From an uncultured archaeon (lineage in GTDB: Archaea; Asgardarchaeota; Thorarchaeia; Thorarchaeales; Thorarchaeaceae): a DNA stretch of 29,543 bases. This document shows, one piece after another, positions 7,095 to 17,766 of the stretch (the first letter of the stretch is position 1; each line of letters begins with the position of its first letter). The position numbers and the translations under genes are program-made. The DNA lies in contig CAZSWP010000011.1 of NCBI GenBank assembly GCA_964610875.1, forward strand, positions 1-29,543, written 5' to 3'. The notes beneath the pieces are model-generated. The model had not been told where the DNA came from and ran no database searches. It worked only from the letters and a program-made list of their open reading frames with translations.

Positions 7095-8576
7095 ATGAAA
7101 CGAATCATAACATTTCTAATTATCTTATCAATAGTAATCCCAATACAGCTTTCGACTGAACATAGTTCAACTATTGAAATCTACTCGCAGTCCTATAATT
7201 CATCGGATGGTATCTTGACTGATGTTCCTTATGTATGGCAGGAAATAAACGGTTTTTGTGCATGGGCTGCTACAGCGATGGCTTTGCAATATGCTGGTGC
7301 GGATGTAGGAATGCATGATGTTTTTGCATTATCGAGTATTGGTTTTTCGTATGCATACATTCACTATAATGATACAATACTAATGTATCCTGGAGCGTTC
7401 TATGACCAAGTGGGTCCTACTGATTTAGTTTCTTATCTCTATGGCATAAACTATACAATCTACTTGCATGAGGACACGCCGGGTGTGGAGCAAGCTATAC
7501 AGTCGTGGGCAAGTCAAGGCATCAATGCAAAGACATTGAGTGGTCAGAGTGATGCCTTCAATCTAATGCGAACTGCAATTGATATCGGTTATCCTCTTTT
7601 AATCAGTGTTGACCCATCTTATCTTCCTGCTGATGATTATGATTATCTTAGAGAAACAGATACTTCAGGTGGAGGGCATGGCGTACTAATTGTGGGATAT
7701 AACGATACAAACGGGATTGCTACCATTATGGATCCAGGTGTAGGATCTTTTGGAAACAATTTTGGATTTCCAGAAGATGGACGTGGGAATTATTCACAAA
7801 TCACCTATACTGCTTTGAATGATGCATGGTCAAGTAGATTATACATCAGCAACCTTTTCACAAAGAGAACTGAGGAGATTCAAGACAAGTCTGCTATTCT
7901 GGGACCACTACTGCGTGACAAACTACTTGGTGTAGGAAGTACTTATGCTCCAACAAGTAGTAGCGCATATCTTTGGGATTATGGGGAATCCGCCTTTAGA
8001 AGAATGAGTGAAGATTTCACAACTGATGGTCTGAAAAGTTACCTTTCAATTTTTGATGGTATGGAGGACGAACTGTCATTCAAAACATCAATTCTGCTTT
8101 TCTTAGGACTTGGCTTAGAGAGTGCCTTGACATTACAATATCTTTCGTACCGTTCCGCGTTAGATGCTTTGCCATATCTAATGCCTGATATCGATCTCAC
8201 TGATTTTCTAGCTGAAGCTGAGCTTGCTCTTGGAGCCATGAGTCAATTATCTGATAATTCCACACTCATCTATCCTGGAAATCTAAGTGCCATCGAGGGA
8301 AGAATATCAACCGGTTTCTTCGATATTTCTCAGGCATATAATAACACGGGTGACATTGATATAGTACTTCAGCAGAATAATGAATTTCTGTCTGATGTTT
8401 CATCTAGCCTCATGGAGATAGCTGATTCATGGCTCGCAGCTGGGAACGAGCTTGCAACAATATGGCCAAATGATGTATTTATTCAATATGGACCAATAAT
8501 TACGATAGCTGCATTTGGTGCGGGAGCTCTTATTGTTGGACTAATCATCTACATACGCAAGACCCCTTCACAATGA
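7095..8576 (+). CDS. Secreted, C-terminally membrane-anchored papain-like (C39-like) cysteine peptidase
   Basis: Signal peptide; WQEINGFCAWAATAMAL (Gln/Cys), GHGVLIVGY (His), IMDP (Asp); C-terminal TM followed by RK. Confidence 0.8.
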   Translation: MKRIITFLIILSIVIPIQLSTEHSSTIEIYSQSYNSSDGILTDVPYVWQEINGFCAWAATAMALQYAGADVGMHDVFALSSIGFSYAYIHYNDTILMYPGAFYDQVGPTDLVSYLYGINYTIYLHEDTPGVEQAIQSWASQGINAKTLSGQSDAFNLMRTAIDIGYPLLISVDPSYLPADDYDYLRETDTSGGGHGVLIVGYNDTNGIATIMDPGVGSFGNNFGFPEDGRGNYSQITYTALNDAWSSRLYISNLFTKRTEEIQDKSAILGPLLRDKLLGVGSTYAPTSSSAYLWDYGESAFRRMSEDFTTDGLKSYLSIFDGMEDELSFKTSILLFLGLGLESALTLQYLSYRSALDALPYLMPDIDLTDFLAEAELALGAMSQLSDNSTLIYPGNLSAIEGRISTGFFDISQAYNNTGDIDIVLQQNNEFLSDVSSSLMEIADSWLAAGNELATIWPNDVFIQYGPIITIAAFGAGALIVGLIIYIRKTPSQ

Positions 8577-10730
8577 ATATGTCTTGCGTTTTTTCATGAT
8601 AAAAAATATGATTGCGACTGCGACTATTACTACACCACCTATCTCAAGAAAGAGTAATACGGATTCGAAACTAGCATCTGATTCACTGCTTTCACGATCA
8701 TAAGTTCCTTCTGCGATAATGGCTGAATTTCCCCATATATCTGATGCAGTGATATACCAGCTAACCGAATCCGCTGTCACTCTTGCTGGTATTGTACCTT
8801 GGAATCCTTCTGCATCTTCCAGCATAACTTGATAGTCAGTGAAATTGATATTACCCACATTTTGAGAATAATGCAGAGTTACATTATCCAGTTTACTTCT
8901 GTCATTTACATATACTCGAATAACAACTGTTTCAGCAGGAATTGGTTCCTCAGGAATGATTGAAAGAGAACCCAACACTGGGGCTTCATCGTCAGGTGTA
9001 GGATAGTAGTTATCATTCAGCGTAAGTGTAAGACTAATCCCTGGTGAATATGCAGAAATAGAATATGGGCCAGAGCCAATGGCTTCATCTGTTGTAGGCT
9101 CCCAATTGTATGGGTCCTTTTCAGACCAGATATGGCTTGGCAAAATAGGTAAAACTCCGATGGTTCGGTATGTCATTACATACCTAGAATTCACTGTGAC
9201 TCCCGCAATCTGTGTTCCAATTATTTTCGTTGTGGAAATCAGTTCATGCCACTTGGTCAATGAATTATTGGAGTAGTATTCGAATGTAAATCGATAATCT
9301 TCAGCATTCATGACCTCGTCATCAGTCCAATTTGCATTTGGATCACAGTAGAATTTTGTCCTTGATTGTCCGCTTCCGAGATCGGATACTATTCCTAGTA
9401 CTTCAATATCCCAAGAAGTTGCATGTCTTGGTTTTGCTGTTCCATCTGGAGCATTGATAAATGGGGAATCATAGACTAAGAGATACGGATTGAAGTAGGA
9501 TCCATGTATCCAATCGTCATCTATTTCCATCTCTGATTTAAAAGGATTTAAAGAGGTGTAGAAGTTGTCAAAATATTCAGGTGTTACTGCAACAACCAGT
9601 TCGTTATCTGCACCATCTCTCGACACTAATTCAATTGGATTCCACAGTCCGAATGCACCTGCATACTTGTCTTGTATCCATCCCTCAAGATTCACATCAT
9701 TATACACTGATAACCAGCGATAACTGAATAATGGAATTACAGGGCAGTAATCTCTAACTGTGATGAGAGCATTATATCCAGCAGCTTCTGCTTTCTCCAA
9801 TGTCGTTGCACGTTCATAATCTTTAGAGAAATCATCTAATAGTGACAGTTCTAGATTTGCAGGATTCTCGCCGATAACACTTTTCATATCACTATGAAAT
9901 GTCTTCGCTACCCAATCATATCCGTACTCCGAAATTTCTTGATGATATAATGCTAAATGATATGATTCATTATGGTTTGAGATCTCAAATTGAAGTGTTG
10001 AGCAATTTAACATCACAAGTGTATTATTGATTCCAGCGTCATTGAGATTTTGAGAAATCTCTTCTGCTGTTTCATTCATTCCTGGAATATCATATGGGTA
10101 CCATATATCAAATACTACTTCGCTACCATTAGGCCCTTCTACAGCTCCATCAGAATCGACATCAATCATTCCTGCTTTTCCTAATTCGAACTTTGCCATG
10201 GAGTTGTTACCCTGATAGAATTCTCCCCCATCAATCGCTTCATTGGTGTATTGATTGAATAATGGGATTGCTAAATCAATCACATCAACACGATTTTCCA
10301 TTGCTATCTCAGATATCTCAATTTTATCTATAGCATATGCAACTGCTCTTCGTAGGTGATAGTTATTCAGCGGATAAACCATTGTATTAAGAGTCAAAAT
10401 ACAACTCAGTGAGTCATATGCCCACAGTTGCTCGATATTGGCGTAAGACTCTACTAGCGAATAATGTGAAGAGTTTACTCTTTGACCAAAAAGATCTGCA
10501 GTTCCAGAGTTCACTGCCTCAAGTGCATCATTGATTGTATTGTACTCCTCAACTCTAATTGTTTCAATTGTCCCTTTGTCGTAGATATCAAATTGCCCTG
10601 TTTCAGAGGATTCGAAATTAGATGTAAGCATTGGAATAGAAGCATTTTGATAAGTCCAAGTGCTAGGAAACAATGAAAATAGAAATATGGAGATTAGAGC
10701 TATGGTTATTGTTCTTCCTGATATCATCAC
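8568..10730 (-). CDS. ABC transporter substrate-binding protein, family 5 (peptide/nickel-like), membrane-anchored
   Basis: YPLNNYHLRRAVAYAIDK, PVIPLF, WTD...AEDYRFT, ILPSHIW and IGSGPY motifs; signal peptide, Ig-like domain and C-terminal TM. Confidence 0.85.
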   Translation of the reverse strand: MMISGRTITIALISIFLFSLFPSTWTYQNASIPMLTSNFESSETGQFDIYDKGTIETIRVEEYNTINDALEAVNSGTADLFGQRVNSSHYSLVESYANIEQLWAYDSLSCILTLNTMVYPLNNYHLRRAVAYAIDKIEISEIAMENRVDVIDLAIPLFNQYTNEAIDGGEFYQGNNSMAKFELGKAGMIDVDSDGAVEGPNGSEVVFDIWYPYDIPGMNETAEEISQNLNDAGINNTLVMLNCSTLQFEISNHNESYHLALYHQEISEYGYDWVAKTFHSDMKSVIGENPANLELSLLDDFSKDYERATTLEKAEAAGYNALITVRDYCPVIPLFSYRWLSVYNDVNLEGWIQDKYAGAFGLWNPIELVSRDGADNELVVAVTPEYFDNFYTSLNPFKSEMEIDDDWIHGSYFNPYLLVYDSPFINAPDGTAKPRHATSWDIEVLGIVSDLGSGQSRTKFYCDPNANWTDDEVMNAEDYRFTFEYYSNNSLTKWHELISTTKIIGTQIAGVTVNSRYVMTYRTIGVLPILPSHIWSEKDPYNWEPTTDEAIGSGPYSISAYSPGISLTLTLNDNYYPTPDDEAPVLGSLSIIPEEPIPAETVVIRVYVNDRSKLDNVTLHYSQNVGNINFTDYQVMLEDAEGFQGTIPARVTADSVSWYITASDIWGNSAIIAEGTYDRESSESDASFESVLLFLEIGGVVIVAVAIIFFIMKKRKTYSL

Positions 10731-10819
10731 TATGTGTCTCCGCAGATTATTTCAGAGTAGAGTCTACTAATGGAGGCAATTCAATGGCAAAATAAGGATA
10801 ATGGAAGGCGCTACGTTTC

Positions 10820-12919
10820 TTATTCTTCTCTCAGTAATTCCATCATTTTTTCAGGATCACTTGTTGGTAATTGACAATTCTGTTGTATACATACATATGC
10901 AGTAGCTTTTTCATCCAAAGGATTGTAGAATTTAGTATATGGCGCAAGAGATGTTATGCTCTTGGCCTGTCTTTCGTTCCCTCTCAAAAGCACAATTTTG
11001 TTCGGGAGAAATACTGAATACAATCTGTCTATCATTTTGTCTGTCAATTCATCTTCAGGTCTGCCTGCGATTATAACTTCATATGATGGACCAATCATCA
11101 TATCGAGAGCATTAAGCATCATTGTGAAACTACTAGGTTGTTGTTTCACTTGCTCAGAAAAAGAGATACCAATCTTCCGCGACATATTTTCAAACTCTGA
11201 ATCGGCAAGTATTCTTGCAAGTCGGACAAGATTGTACATCATGACTGAGTTGCCTGAAGGAATTGCTCCATCATACGCTTCTTTTTGTCTGATAATGAGA
11301 CTCTCTGAATTCTCTGAAGTGAAGAAGAAACCTCCTTCATCAGAATCCCAGAACTCCTTCTTAACTCTATCAACGATCTGAAGTGAAGTTTCTAAGTATT
11401 TGGAATCGAAGGTGGATTCATACATCTCCAATAATGCCCAGAGAATGAAAGCATAATCATCAAGGAAACCAGGAATATTTTTCACCTCCCTCTTGTAGGA
11501 ATGCATCAGTCTTCCGTCTTCTAACAACATATTTTCCAGAAGAAAATCCATTGCATTAATAGCAAGTTGCAACAGTTTCTCTTGCTTTACACTCCTATAT
11601 GCGATCGCTAATGCAGCAATCATCAAACTATTCCAATCGGTCAATATTTTATCATCTAAAGATGGTCTGATTCTATTAGCTCGATGATTGTGTAATTTTA
11701 CTCGTATGTTCTCAATCTTCTCTTTGAGATCATCATATGATTCACCACTCTGCTTAGAGAATTTTGTCACTGTCGAACTTAGGTGGGGTATGTTTTTCTC
11801 ATTTCTTACCTGTGTTGCTTCGTCAAGATAGTTGCCTTCTTTTGAAATATTATAGAATCTGATGAATAATGAAAATTCCTCATCATCCAATATCTGGTTC
11901 AACTCTTCGTACTTCCAGACATAGAATTTGCCTTCTTCTTCTTCACTATCTGCGTCTTCTGCAGAGTAAAATGCACCTTCAGGACTCAACATGTCTCTGA
12001 CAAGATATTGAGAAACCTCAGTAACTACATCTGCAAATATTTGTTCTTTTGTTGCTTGAAACGTTTCTGAATATGCAATCATTAGCATTGCTTGATCGTA
12101 GAGCATTTTTTCAAAATGAGGAACAAGCCATTCTCTATCAGTTGAATATCTATGAAATCCATATCCGATTTGGTCATACAATCCCCCAAAGCGCATATTG
12201 ATCAAAGTCTTCCTGACCATCTCTAATGCCCATTCATCACCAGTCCGTTTCCAATAGCGTAAAAGGAACATCAGATTATGTGGTGAAGGGAATTTTGGGG
12301 ATATGCCAAATCCTCCATATTTTGTATCAAATCTTTGAGAGAGAGTTCGAAAAGCCATATCAATATCTTCTAGATCTAATTCACCTACGATGTTGCTTGT
12401 TGATTCTTCAATCGCATTTGTGATTCGTTCAACAACCTCACTGACATTCTTTCTATCATCTCTCCATAATTCACTTATCCGAGGAATCAGCTCGATCATT
12501 CCAATTTGCCCTGCTCGACTCCTTTTTGGAAAATATGTGCCTGCAAAGAATGGTTCTTTCTCTGGAGTCATAATCACTGTGAGAGGCCATCCTCCCCTAC
12601 CTGTCATCATTTGAGATACCTGCATATAGACCTTATCGATGTCAGGTCTCTCCTCTCTGTCGACTTTGATACTGATGAAGGAGTCATTCATTAACTGTGC
12701 TACTTCTTCATCTTCAAAGGACTCTTTCTCCATGACATGGCACCAATGGCATGTACTATATCCAATTGAAAGAAAGATTGGTTTATCTTGTTCTTTGGCT
12801 TCTCTGAATGCTTCTTCTCCCCATGGATACCAATCTACTGGATTATGTGCATGCTGTTGAAGATACGGACTAGTTTCACTGACTAGTCTATTAGAATATT
12901 CTTTTGAAGAATCGCTCAT
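10820..12919 (-). CDS. YyaL/SSP411 (DUF255, SPATA20-like) thioredoxin plus alpha/alpha-barrel protein
   Basis: [66 protein letters not shown]. Confidence 0.95.
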   Translation of the reverse strand: MSDSSKEYSNRLVSETSPYLQQHAHNPVDWYPWGEEAFREAKEQDKPIFLSIGYSTCHWCHVMEKESFEDEEVAQLMNDSFISIKVDREERPDIDKVYMQVSQMMTGRGGWPLTVIMTPEKEPFFAGTYFPKRSRAGQIGMIELIPRISELWRDDRKNVSEVVERITNAIEESTSNIVGELDLEDIDMAFRTLSQRFDTKYGGFGISPKFPSPHNLMFLLRYWKRTGDEWALEMVRKTLINMRFGGLYDQIGYGFHRYSTDREWLVPHFEKMLYDQAMLMIAYSETFQATKEQIFADVVTEVSQYLVRDMLSPEGAFYSAEDADSEEEEGKFYVWKYEELNQILDDEEFSLFIRFYNISKEGNYLDEATQVRNEKNIPHLSSTVTKFSKQSGESYDDLKEKIENIRVKLHNHRANRIRPSLDDKILTDWNSLMIAALAIAYRSVKQEKLLQLAINAMDFLLENMLLEDGRLMHSYKREVKNIPGFLDDYAFILWALLEMYESTFDSKYLETSLQIVDRVKKEFWDSDEGGFFFTSENSESLIIRQKEAYDGAIPSGNSVMMYNLVRLARILADSEFENMSRKIGISFSEQVKQQPSSFTMMLNALDMMIGPSYEVIIAGRPEDELTDKMIDRLYSVFLPNKIVLLRGNERQAKSITSLAPYTKFYNPLDEKATAYVCIQQNCQLPTSDPEKMMELLREE

Positions 12920-12999
12920 ATTAATCCCTACTAACTTTATAACGATAGTTAAGAATGAATATCTGTCTTGTGGTGTAGCGCTTTGGATTAGTAGTCGGT

Positions 13000-13917
13000 T
13001 TATGCAGCCAAAGCAATGAATCGTCCATCTTTCTTAGCTATTAATTCTCTTTTCAGAAGGGAATCGACATGATGTTCAATCATCCATGTTTCAAACTGAA
13101 GGTATACAAAATCACTGAGGGAATTGTATATTATTGGATTTCTTGTAATTTCTTCAATTGTTCCAGCACCATTCGTTATTGCCATTAGGACAAAATCTTC
13201 TCTCAGATCAAACTGAAGTAGATATGATTTTAGAGCAGTTTTATAATTTTTAATAATTGGTTCTTCCAAATGTCCACTGATGAGTGCATTAAGATCCATA
13301 TTCATTACTCTATCAATTGATTGCTTGAATTCATGAATGGACGATCTTGGGTGCCCATAAAACGGTCCGAAGTCCGTACAATCTATATCTCCCCCAAATA
13401 ACAGGTTCAATTCTTCAACCTTGATACACATATGATCTGGTAAATGTCCGGGAGTAAATTTTGGTATCAATGTATACTCTCCAATATTGAATGCTTCATT
13501 ATCCTTGAGGATAATGTCTGTTTTGCCTTCATCAAGGGCACCGTACATTCGAGTATTCACGAGCTTTTCCCAGAAAGGACGAACAGGATGTTCAGGGGAA
13601 AAACCTAGGAATTGTTTCATTTTTTCTTTCTCATCAAAACACTCTGCAGTCATTCTATTTGCAATAATACAGGCTTTTCCAAGACGTTGAATGCGTGCAG
13701 CATGTATGATATGATCCGGATGGATATGAGTGATAATTACATTCTTAATATCTCGGAGGTCAATATTTTTGGATAGAAGAAAACCACGAAGGTCCTCGAG
13801 GGAACAACCAGGATCAATAACAGTAGTAGAATTATCACAAAGTACGATAGTGTTACATCTCGGAAATGCTCCGCCTATTATTACATAGGCATTATGTCCA
13901 ATCTCCAAAGTTTTCAT
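13000..13917 (-). CDS. Metallo-beta-lactamase fold hydrolase
   Basis: IDPG, THIHPDH, TPGH, GGD and SGH motifs. Confidence 0.9.
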   Translation of the reverse strand: MKTLEIGHNAYVIIGGAFPRCNTIVLCDNSTTVIDPGCSLEDLRGFLLSKNIDLRDIKNVIITHIHPDHIIHAARIQRLGKACIIANRMTAECFDEKEKMKQFLGFSPEHPVRPFWEKLVNTRMYGALDEGKTDIILKDNEAFNIGEYTLIPKFTPGHLPDHMCIKVEELNLLFGGDIDCTDFGPFYGHPRSSIHEFKQSIDRVMNMDLNALISGHLEEPIIKNYKTALKSYLLQFDLREDFVLMAITNGAGTIEEITRNPIIYNSLSDFVYLQFETWMIEHHVDSLLKRELIAKKDGRFIALAA

Positions 13918-13951
13918 TCATTGCCAGCCTCACCAGCATATGAATTAGCTG

Positions 13952-13976
13952 GGGACATTCAGAGAGAGAATGTCCC
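13952..13976. terminator. Intergenic hairpin
   Basis: gggacattc-agagaga-gaatgtccc, a perfect 9-bp stem between the 13998 and 13917 genes. Confidence 0.5.
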
Positions 13977-13997
13977 ACAGTGATGCGATTCGTTAGC

Positions 13998-14387
13998 TTA
14001 GCTAACGGTTCTAACTCTAACCTCTGCTGCGCTTCTAACGCTGTGTCTCCATGTTCTGTAGCTACCCCACAAGACTGGAACCATAGCTGCCAGCAAAAGG
14101 AACATGATTAGAAGGTTGTTGACCACTGGAGTTGTGTTAGATGGTGTATCACCAGATGCAATGATATCAAACCATGTGCCGACCATCAAACCTAGCGTTG
14201 CTGGGACTATCATTATCGTCAAGATTAAGAATGTTCCAAAAGCTCTTCCTGGCGATGCTTGAGTGAATCGAGCGAATACACCCAAGAATTTGTGCTTCTG
14301 CCATCTTGATCCTTCCTGTGTAATCCAGAATGCAAGGAAGAGTAGAATGACTACAATGAATGGTATCAGGGCTATTTCGAAATACAT
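13998..14387 (-). CDS. Hypothetical membrane protein (3 TM)
   Basis: Three hydrophobic helices; ggag upstream. Confidence 0.75.
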   Translation of the reverse strand: MYFEIALIPFIVVILLFLAFWITQEGSRWQKHKFLGVFARFTQASPGRAFGTFLILTIMIVPATLGLMVGTWFDIIASGDTPSNTTPVVNNLLIMFLLLAAMVPVLWGSYRTWRHSVRSAAEVRVRTVS

Positions 14388-14534
14388 TCGTATATTGCTC
14401 CCTATGCTTATGTTTGTCTTCGGACTAGCTACAACCTATAAAGGCTACGGTTCAAGTCATATTTCACTTATCCCAAGAAAATAAATCCAAGTATGTATAT
14501 GTAAGTTCAGAAATTACACAAAAAGGCGAAAGAT

Positions 14535-14906
14535 ATGTCAGGCGATATCACACTAGCACAGGATGGAACAGCTCGTTTCCTCAGAGTGGCACCTATCTTC
14601 GGATTAATGATTTACTATCTTGGAGGTTTAATCACCAGCCTCGATGTTGAGAATGTGGCAATCTTTCTTCTGATTTTTGTTCTGTTATCTGTTCCTTTAG
14701 TAATTGGGATAGTAATCAGACATAAAGTAATAGTACTCCTAGGCGCACTCTTTGTAATGATAGCTTCAGCTGGGCCAATCATGGAATTCATTCTCACTCT
14801 TGGTGAAGGTGCAATAAGTTTTAGTCTACTTGGAGGAATACTAATTATTGTGGCTATGATTTTTCACATCATCACGATATATCTATGGGTGAAATATGCA
14901 AATTAG
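14535..14906 (+). CDS. Hypothetical membrane protein (about 4 TM)
   Basis: Almost entirely hydrophobic 123-aa ORF, divergent from the 14387 gene. Confidence 0.75.
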   Translation: MSGDITLAQDGTARFLRVAPIFGLMIYYLGGLITSLDVENVAIFLLIFVLLSVPLVIGIVIRHKVIVLLGALFVMIASAGPIMEFILTLGEGAISFSLLGGILIIVAMIFHIITIYLWVKYAN

Positions 14907-14917
14907 TGGACTTTGTT

Positions 14918-16000
14918 CTACTCAGAATCAATACAACTTTTTTCTTTTTCTTGAGTAAGAAGATGATATGCTGTTTCCCAATTTCTTTTAGCAATCATGA
15001 AATCTTTTTTTACTTCTTGACTCTCTTTGGTAAGAACGTCCTCGTGAATCTTCTCTTTAGTAACCGTCTTTTCATTAGCTATCTTTCTAGCTTCTAAGAC
15101 ATTATGTAGATAAAGTCCAAGAAAAAACTCAGAGCTTCTTGTGTACATCTCTGGAGTAAGATTCTTACATCCTCTGCAACCACATTTTTTAAAATCTGCT
15201 TTACGAACAGGAATCTGCTTGCTTTTTACTAGATATTTCCTCTTTATCGCAAGATAAAGTAGCATTGACGTATCTACACTGTCAAAATGGATTTCATGTA
15301 AATAATATCGAAGTAACCGTATCTCCGGCAATCCAAATGCATGTAACCAAAATCCCTTGGTAAGTTCTCGAATTCTCCGTAGTCTTGCTTCAAACTTATC
15401 TCGATTGAACCGATAATATGGAATCATTCCGCCGCTTGCAAAAATTTTCACACCATTCGATCTGTAGAAATCGTAGAGGTCATTAGCTATATCAAGATCA
15501 GCAATTTGGATTACTCCGATTACCTGCTTTGCTGATATCTGTTCTAGGACTTGAAGTAAATCAGCTTTTATCTGCCTAGATTTTCGTAGTTTGACCTCTG
15601 CTTTATCAGAACTGAGAATGATTTCATCTGGTGATACATAATAATCTGCTCCTGTGAGTTCGTATGCTGAAAGAATATCCGATAGCTTAAGTTTGATATC
15701 CACTTCAATACAAATCTTTCTTGATATCCCTGCCTTCTTTGCTTCAAGTTCAAATATTCCCGTGTCTGCCATTAGTTTTGTTTTCTGAGGAAATCCACAT
15801 TCCACAAGTGCTTCTTTCAGAGTCTTTCCAGAACTTATCACGCTATCTACCCAGAAGTCGGATGTTCGATAAATGTCATATGCAGTCAATAATACCGATT
15901 CTGTGAAATCCCATCTGACTAGAGGGTCTTCACGAAAGAAGGAAACTGAAGCGAAATGATTCTTTGGAACAAGTGGACCTAATCCAGTGTTCAATTCCAT
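14918..16000 (-). CDS. tRNA-guanine transglycosylase-superfamily protein (stand-alone ArcTGT/DpdA-like catalytic domain)
   Basis: MADTGIFE (DSG-like), SPDE, VIQ, SGGMIP, HAFG and DSVDTS motifs; Zn site CGCRGC...LHN; no PUA domain. Confidence 0.75.
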   Translation of the reverse strand: MELNTGLGPLVPKNHFASVSFFREDPLVRWDFTESVLLTAYDIYRTSDFWVDSVISSGKTLKEALVECGFPQKTKLMADTGIFELEAKKAGISRKICIEVDIKLKLSDILSAYELTGADYYVSPDEIILSSDKAEVKLRKSRQIKADLLQVLEQISAKQVIGVIQIADLDIANDLYDFYRSNGVKIFASGGMIPYYRFNRDKFEARLRRIRELTKGFWLHAFGLPEIRLLRYYLHEIHFDSVDTSMLLYLAIKRKYLVKSKQIPVRKADFKKCGCRGCKNLTPEMYTRSSEFFLGLYLHNVLEARKIANEKTVTKEKIHEDVLTKESQEVKKDFMIAKRNWETAYHLLTQEKEKSCIDSE

Positions 16001-16084
16001 GCCCCCAATGTAATAAGAATGGTTACCTACCTAGATAGCATTGTGTTTTGGTTTTAGATATAAAAACTACGAGAAAAACGGACA

Positions 16085-16422
16085 TCATCTAGATTTGTAT
16101 TTGCATTGCTCTTCATATACTTCTTTCAATTCAGAGAGTGTTGTCGCAACCGGATGTGAGAGATCTTCTCTTATTGACTTGATTCTAGCAAATCTTAGAG
16201 CAAATCCTGACTTATATGTAGAACTCTTTTGAACCTCGGATGTCAATACTTCTACTACTATCTCAGGTTTGACTGTTACTACTCTTCTAGATTCTCATTT
16301 CTTTATTGTAAGTAATCGTTCACTATTTCACGAAATTCAGTATCACTTAATCTCTTGAATGCTTTACCTATCATCTCATATACATTCTTCTCAACATCAT
16401 ATACTGCAAGGTGAAAATCCGA
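16085..16422 (-). pseudogene. lig: Decayed C-terminal OB-fold fragment of an ATP-dependent DNA ligase
   Basis: Hand translation: SDFHLAVYDVEKNVYEMIGKAFKRLSDTEFREIV /frameshift/ [52 protein letters not shown]...[13 protein letters not shown]. This contains ligase motif VI (normally LRFPR..R.D). Confidence 0.88.
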
Positions 16423-16484
16423 TTGGATGTTCAGTTCGTTACATCTATAACAGATTTTTCATAGCACTCTATAGGTGAACACAT

Positions 16485-17066
16485 TTGGGTAGTCCTTGGA
16501 TAAGCAAGAAAGCCTTTCTCTACTTTGGTGGCGCATTCATTCTTTTACTTGGTGGCGCTATTGTAGTTATGGCACCATATCATGCTACTGGATATATTGC
16601 CACTATTGGAGATGCTGACGCATTTGAAATATGGGACAAACAAGGATTCTATCCTCAAATGGAAGTCGCTATAACGGTCCAACCACAATATAGCAATAAC
16701 ACTGTTAGAACGGATATTAGGATCGTTGCTAATGAAACTCTTGAAACAAAAGTCATCAATATGACCCTCACGATGGAAGATGCACTGCCAGGTGTCGATC
16801 CTGTCAAATACGAAAAAAGTGTGATTGTTGATTTAGAACCCGGACCATACACAATCTTCATTGACAGACTAGATGGTGCTTCTGATATGGATGTTGGGTT
16901 CACTCAGATTAGTGATGCACGCCTCTACATAGTATCAGGTGGAATTATGAATATTTTTGGATTAATTATGGGTGCTACTGGATACTGTATCAAAGGCAGT
17001 GTAATTCCAACTGGTGAGGAAGCAATTGTAGATTGGGGATATGAGGAGTTCGAAGAAGAGCTCTAA
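16485..17066 (+). CDS. Hypothetical protein with two TMs flanking a beta-rich extracellular domain
   Basis: aggtga RBS before TTG; N- and C-terminal hydrophobic helices; acidic tail. Confidence 0.75.
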   Translation: MGSPWISKKAFLYFGGAFILLLGGAIVVMAPYHATGYIATIGDADAFEIWDKQGFYPQMEVAITVQPQYSNNTVRTDIRIVANETLETKVINMTLTMEDALPGVDPVKYEKSVIVDLEPGPYTIFIDRLDGASDMDVGFTQISDARLYIVSGGIMNIFGLIMGATGYCIKGSVIPTGEEAIVDWGYEEFEEEL

Positions 17067-17175
17067 ACTCTGAAATTCTCATGGGTTTCTGAACCCAGAG
17101 TGAGTGTTACGCCAATCTTGCCTCGGTTGTACACAGGCTCTTCTTTGATTATGCGTGCTGAATAATCGAGGAGCA

Positions 17176-17400
17176 ATGCAACAAAAGGAAATGAAATGGC
17201 TTCTGAAGAACAAACTCGTTACTGACTTCAGAGGTTACCCAATTGGACGAGTAAAGAAGGTGTGGTACGACACAGCTGAAGGGCCGTTAGTTGTTGTAGA
17301 ACGAAAATCAGAACGCCCTAGCTGGGAAACAATTCCTCTTAGAGCTATTGATAGTGTTAGAGACGAAGTACGTCTCAAACCCCCGAGCTTTGCTGAATGA
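17176..17400 (+). CDS. PRC-barrel domain protein
   Basis: LKNKLVTDFRGYPIGRVKKVWYD...IPLRAIDSVRDEVRL fits the PRC-barrel pattern; gaggag before ATG 17176. Confidence 0.7.
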   Translation: MQQKEMKWLLKNKLVTDFRGYPIGRVKKVWYDTAEGPLVVVERKSERPSWETIPLRAIDSVRDEVRLKPPSFAE

Positions 17401-17432
17401 AACGTACTTCTCCCTCTTTATGAGGTGATGGG

Positions 17433-17759
17433 ATGCAGTATCATAAGAATCAACAGGAATTTCCTAGTATATCTAGACCTGTTTCTCCATATATCACAAT
17501 TACAGTATTGACAAGCAAAAACTGCATATTTTGTGATACTGCACTGGAACGTGTAAAAGAAGTTGTTAAAGTTCTCAATAAGCAGGGAATGGACATTAAG
17601 GTAGAGGAATCTGATGTTGATAGATATCCAGAAATAGTTAGCAAATTAGGTGTTCTTTCTCTTCCCACAACAATTATCGGAAATTCATTCGTCTCAGGTG
17701 TACTCTCAACGCATGATTTGGCTTCACATATACAAACATACATATTCCTAGGACAATGA
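17433..17759 (+). CDS. Thioredoxin/glutaredoxin-fold protein (CIFC)
   Basis: TSKNCIFC, DVD..PE, and GVLSLPT cis-Pro loop; gaggtga RBS. Confidence 0.8.
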   Translation: MQYHKNQQEFPSISRPVSPYITITVLTSKNCIFCDTALERVKEVVKVLNKQGMDIKVEESDVDRYPEIVSKLGVLSLPTTIIGNSFVSGVLSTHDLASHIQTYIFLGQ

Positions 17760-17766
17760 ACTCCGA

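Noticed and set aside
6929-7108. N-terminal 60 aa of ORF 6722..7108
   Set aside because: Homology starts only at 6928, and the extension covers the divergent promoter region and overlaps the 7095 gene.
16041-16232. 63-aa plus-strand ORF
   Set aside because: Antisense shadow of the ligase pseudogene.
16295-16297. In-frame TGA as selenocysteine
   Set aside because: It is accompanied by a frameshift and 5' truncation and is not at a Cys position.
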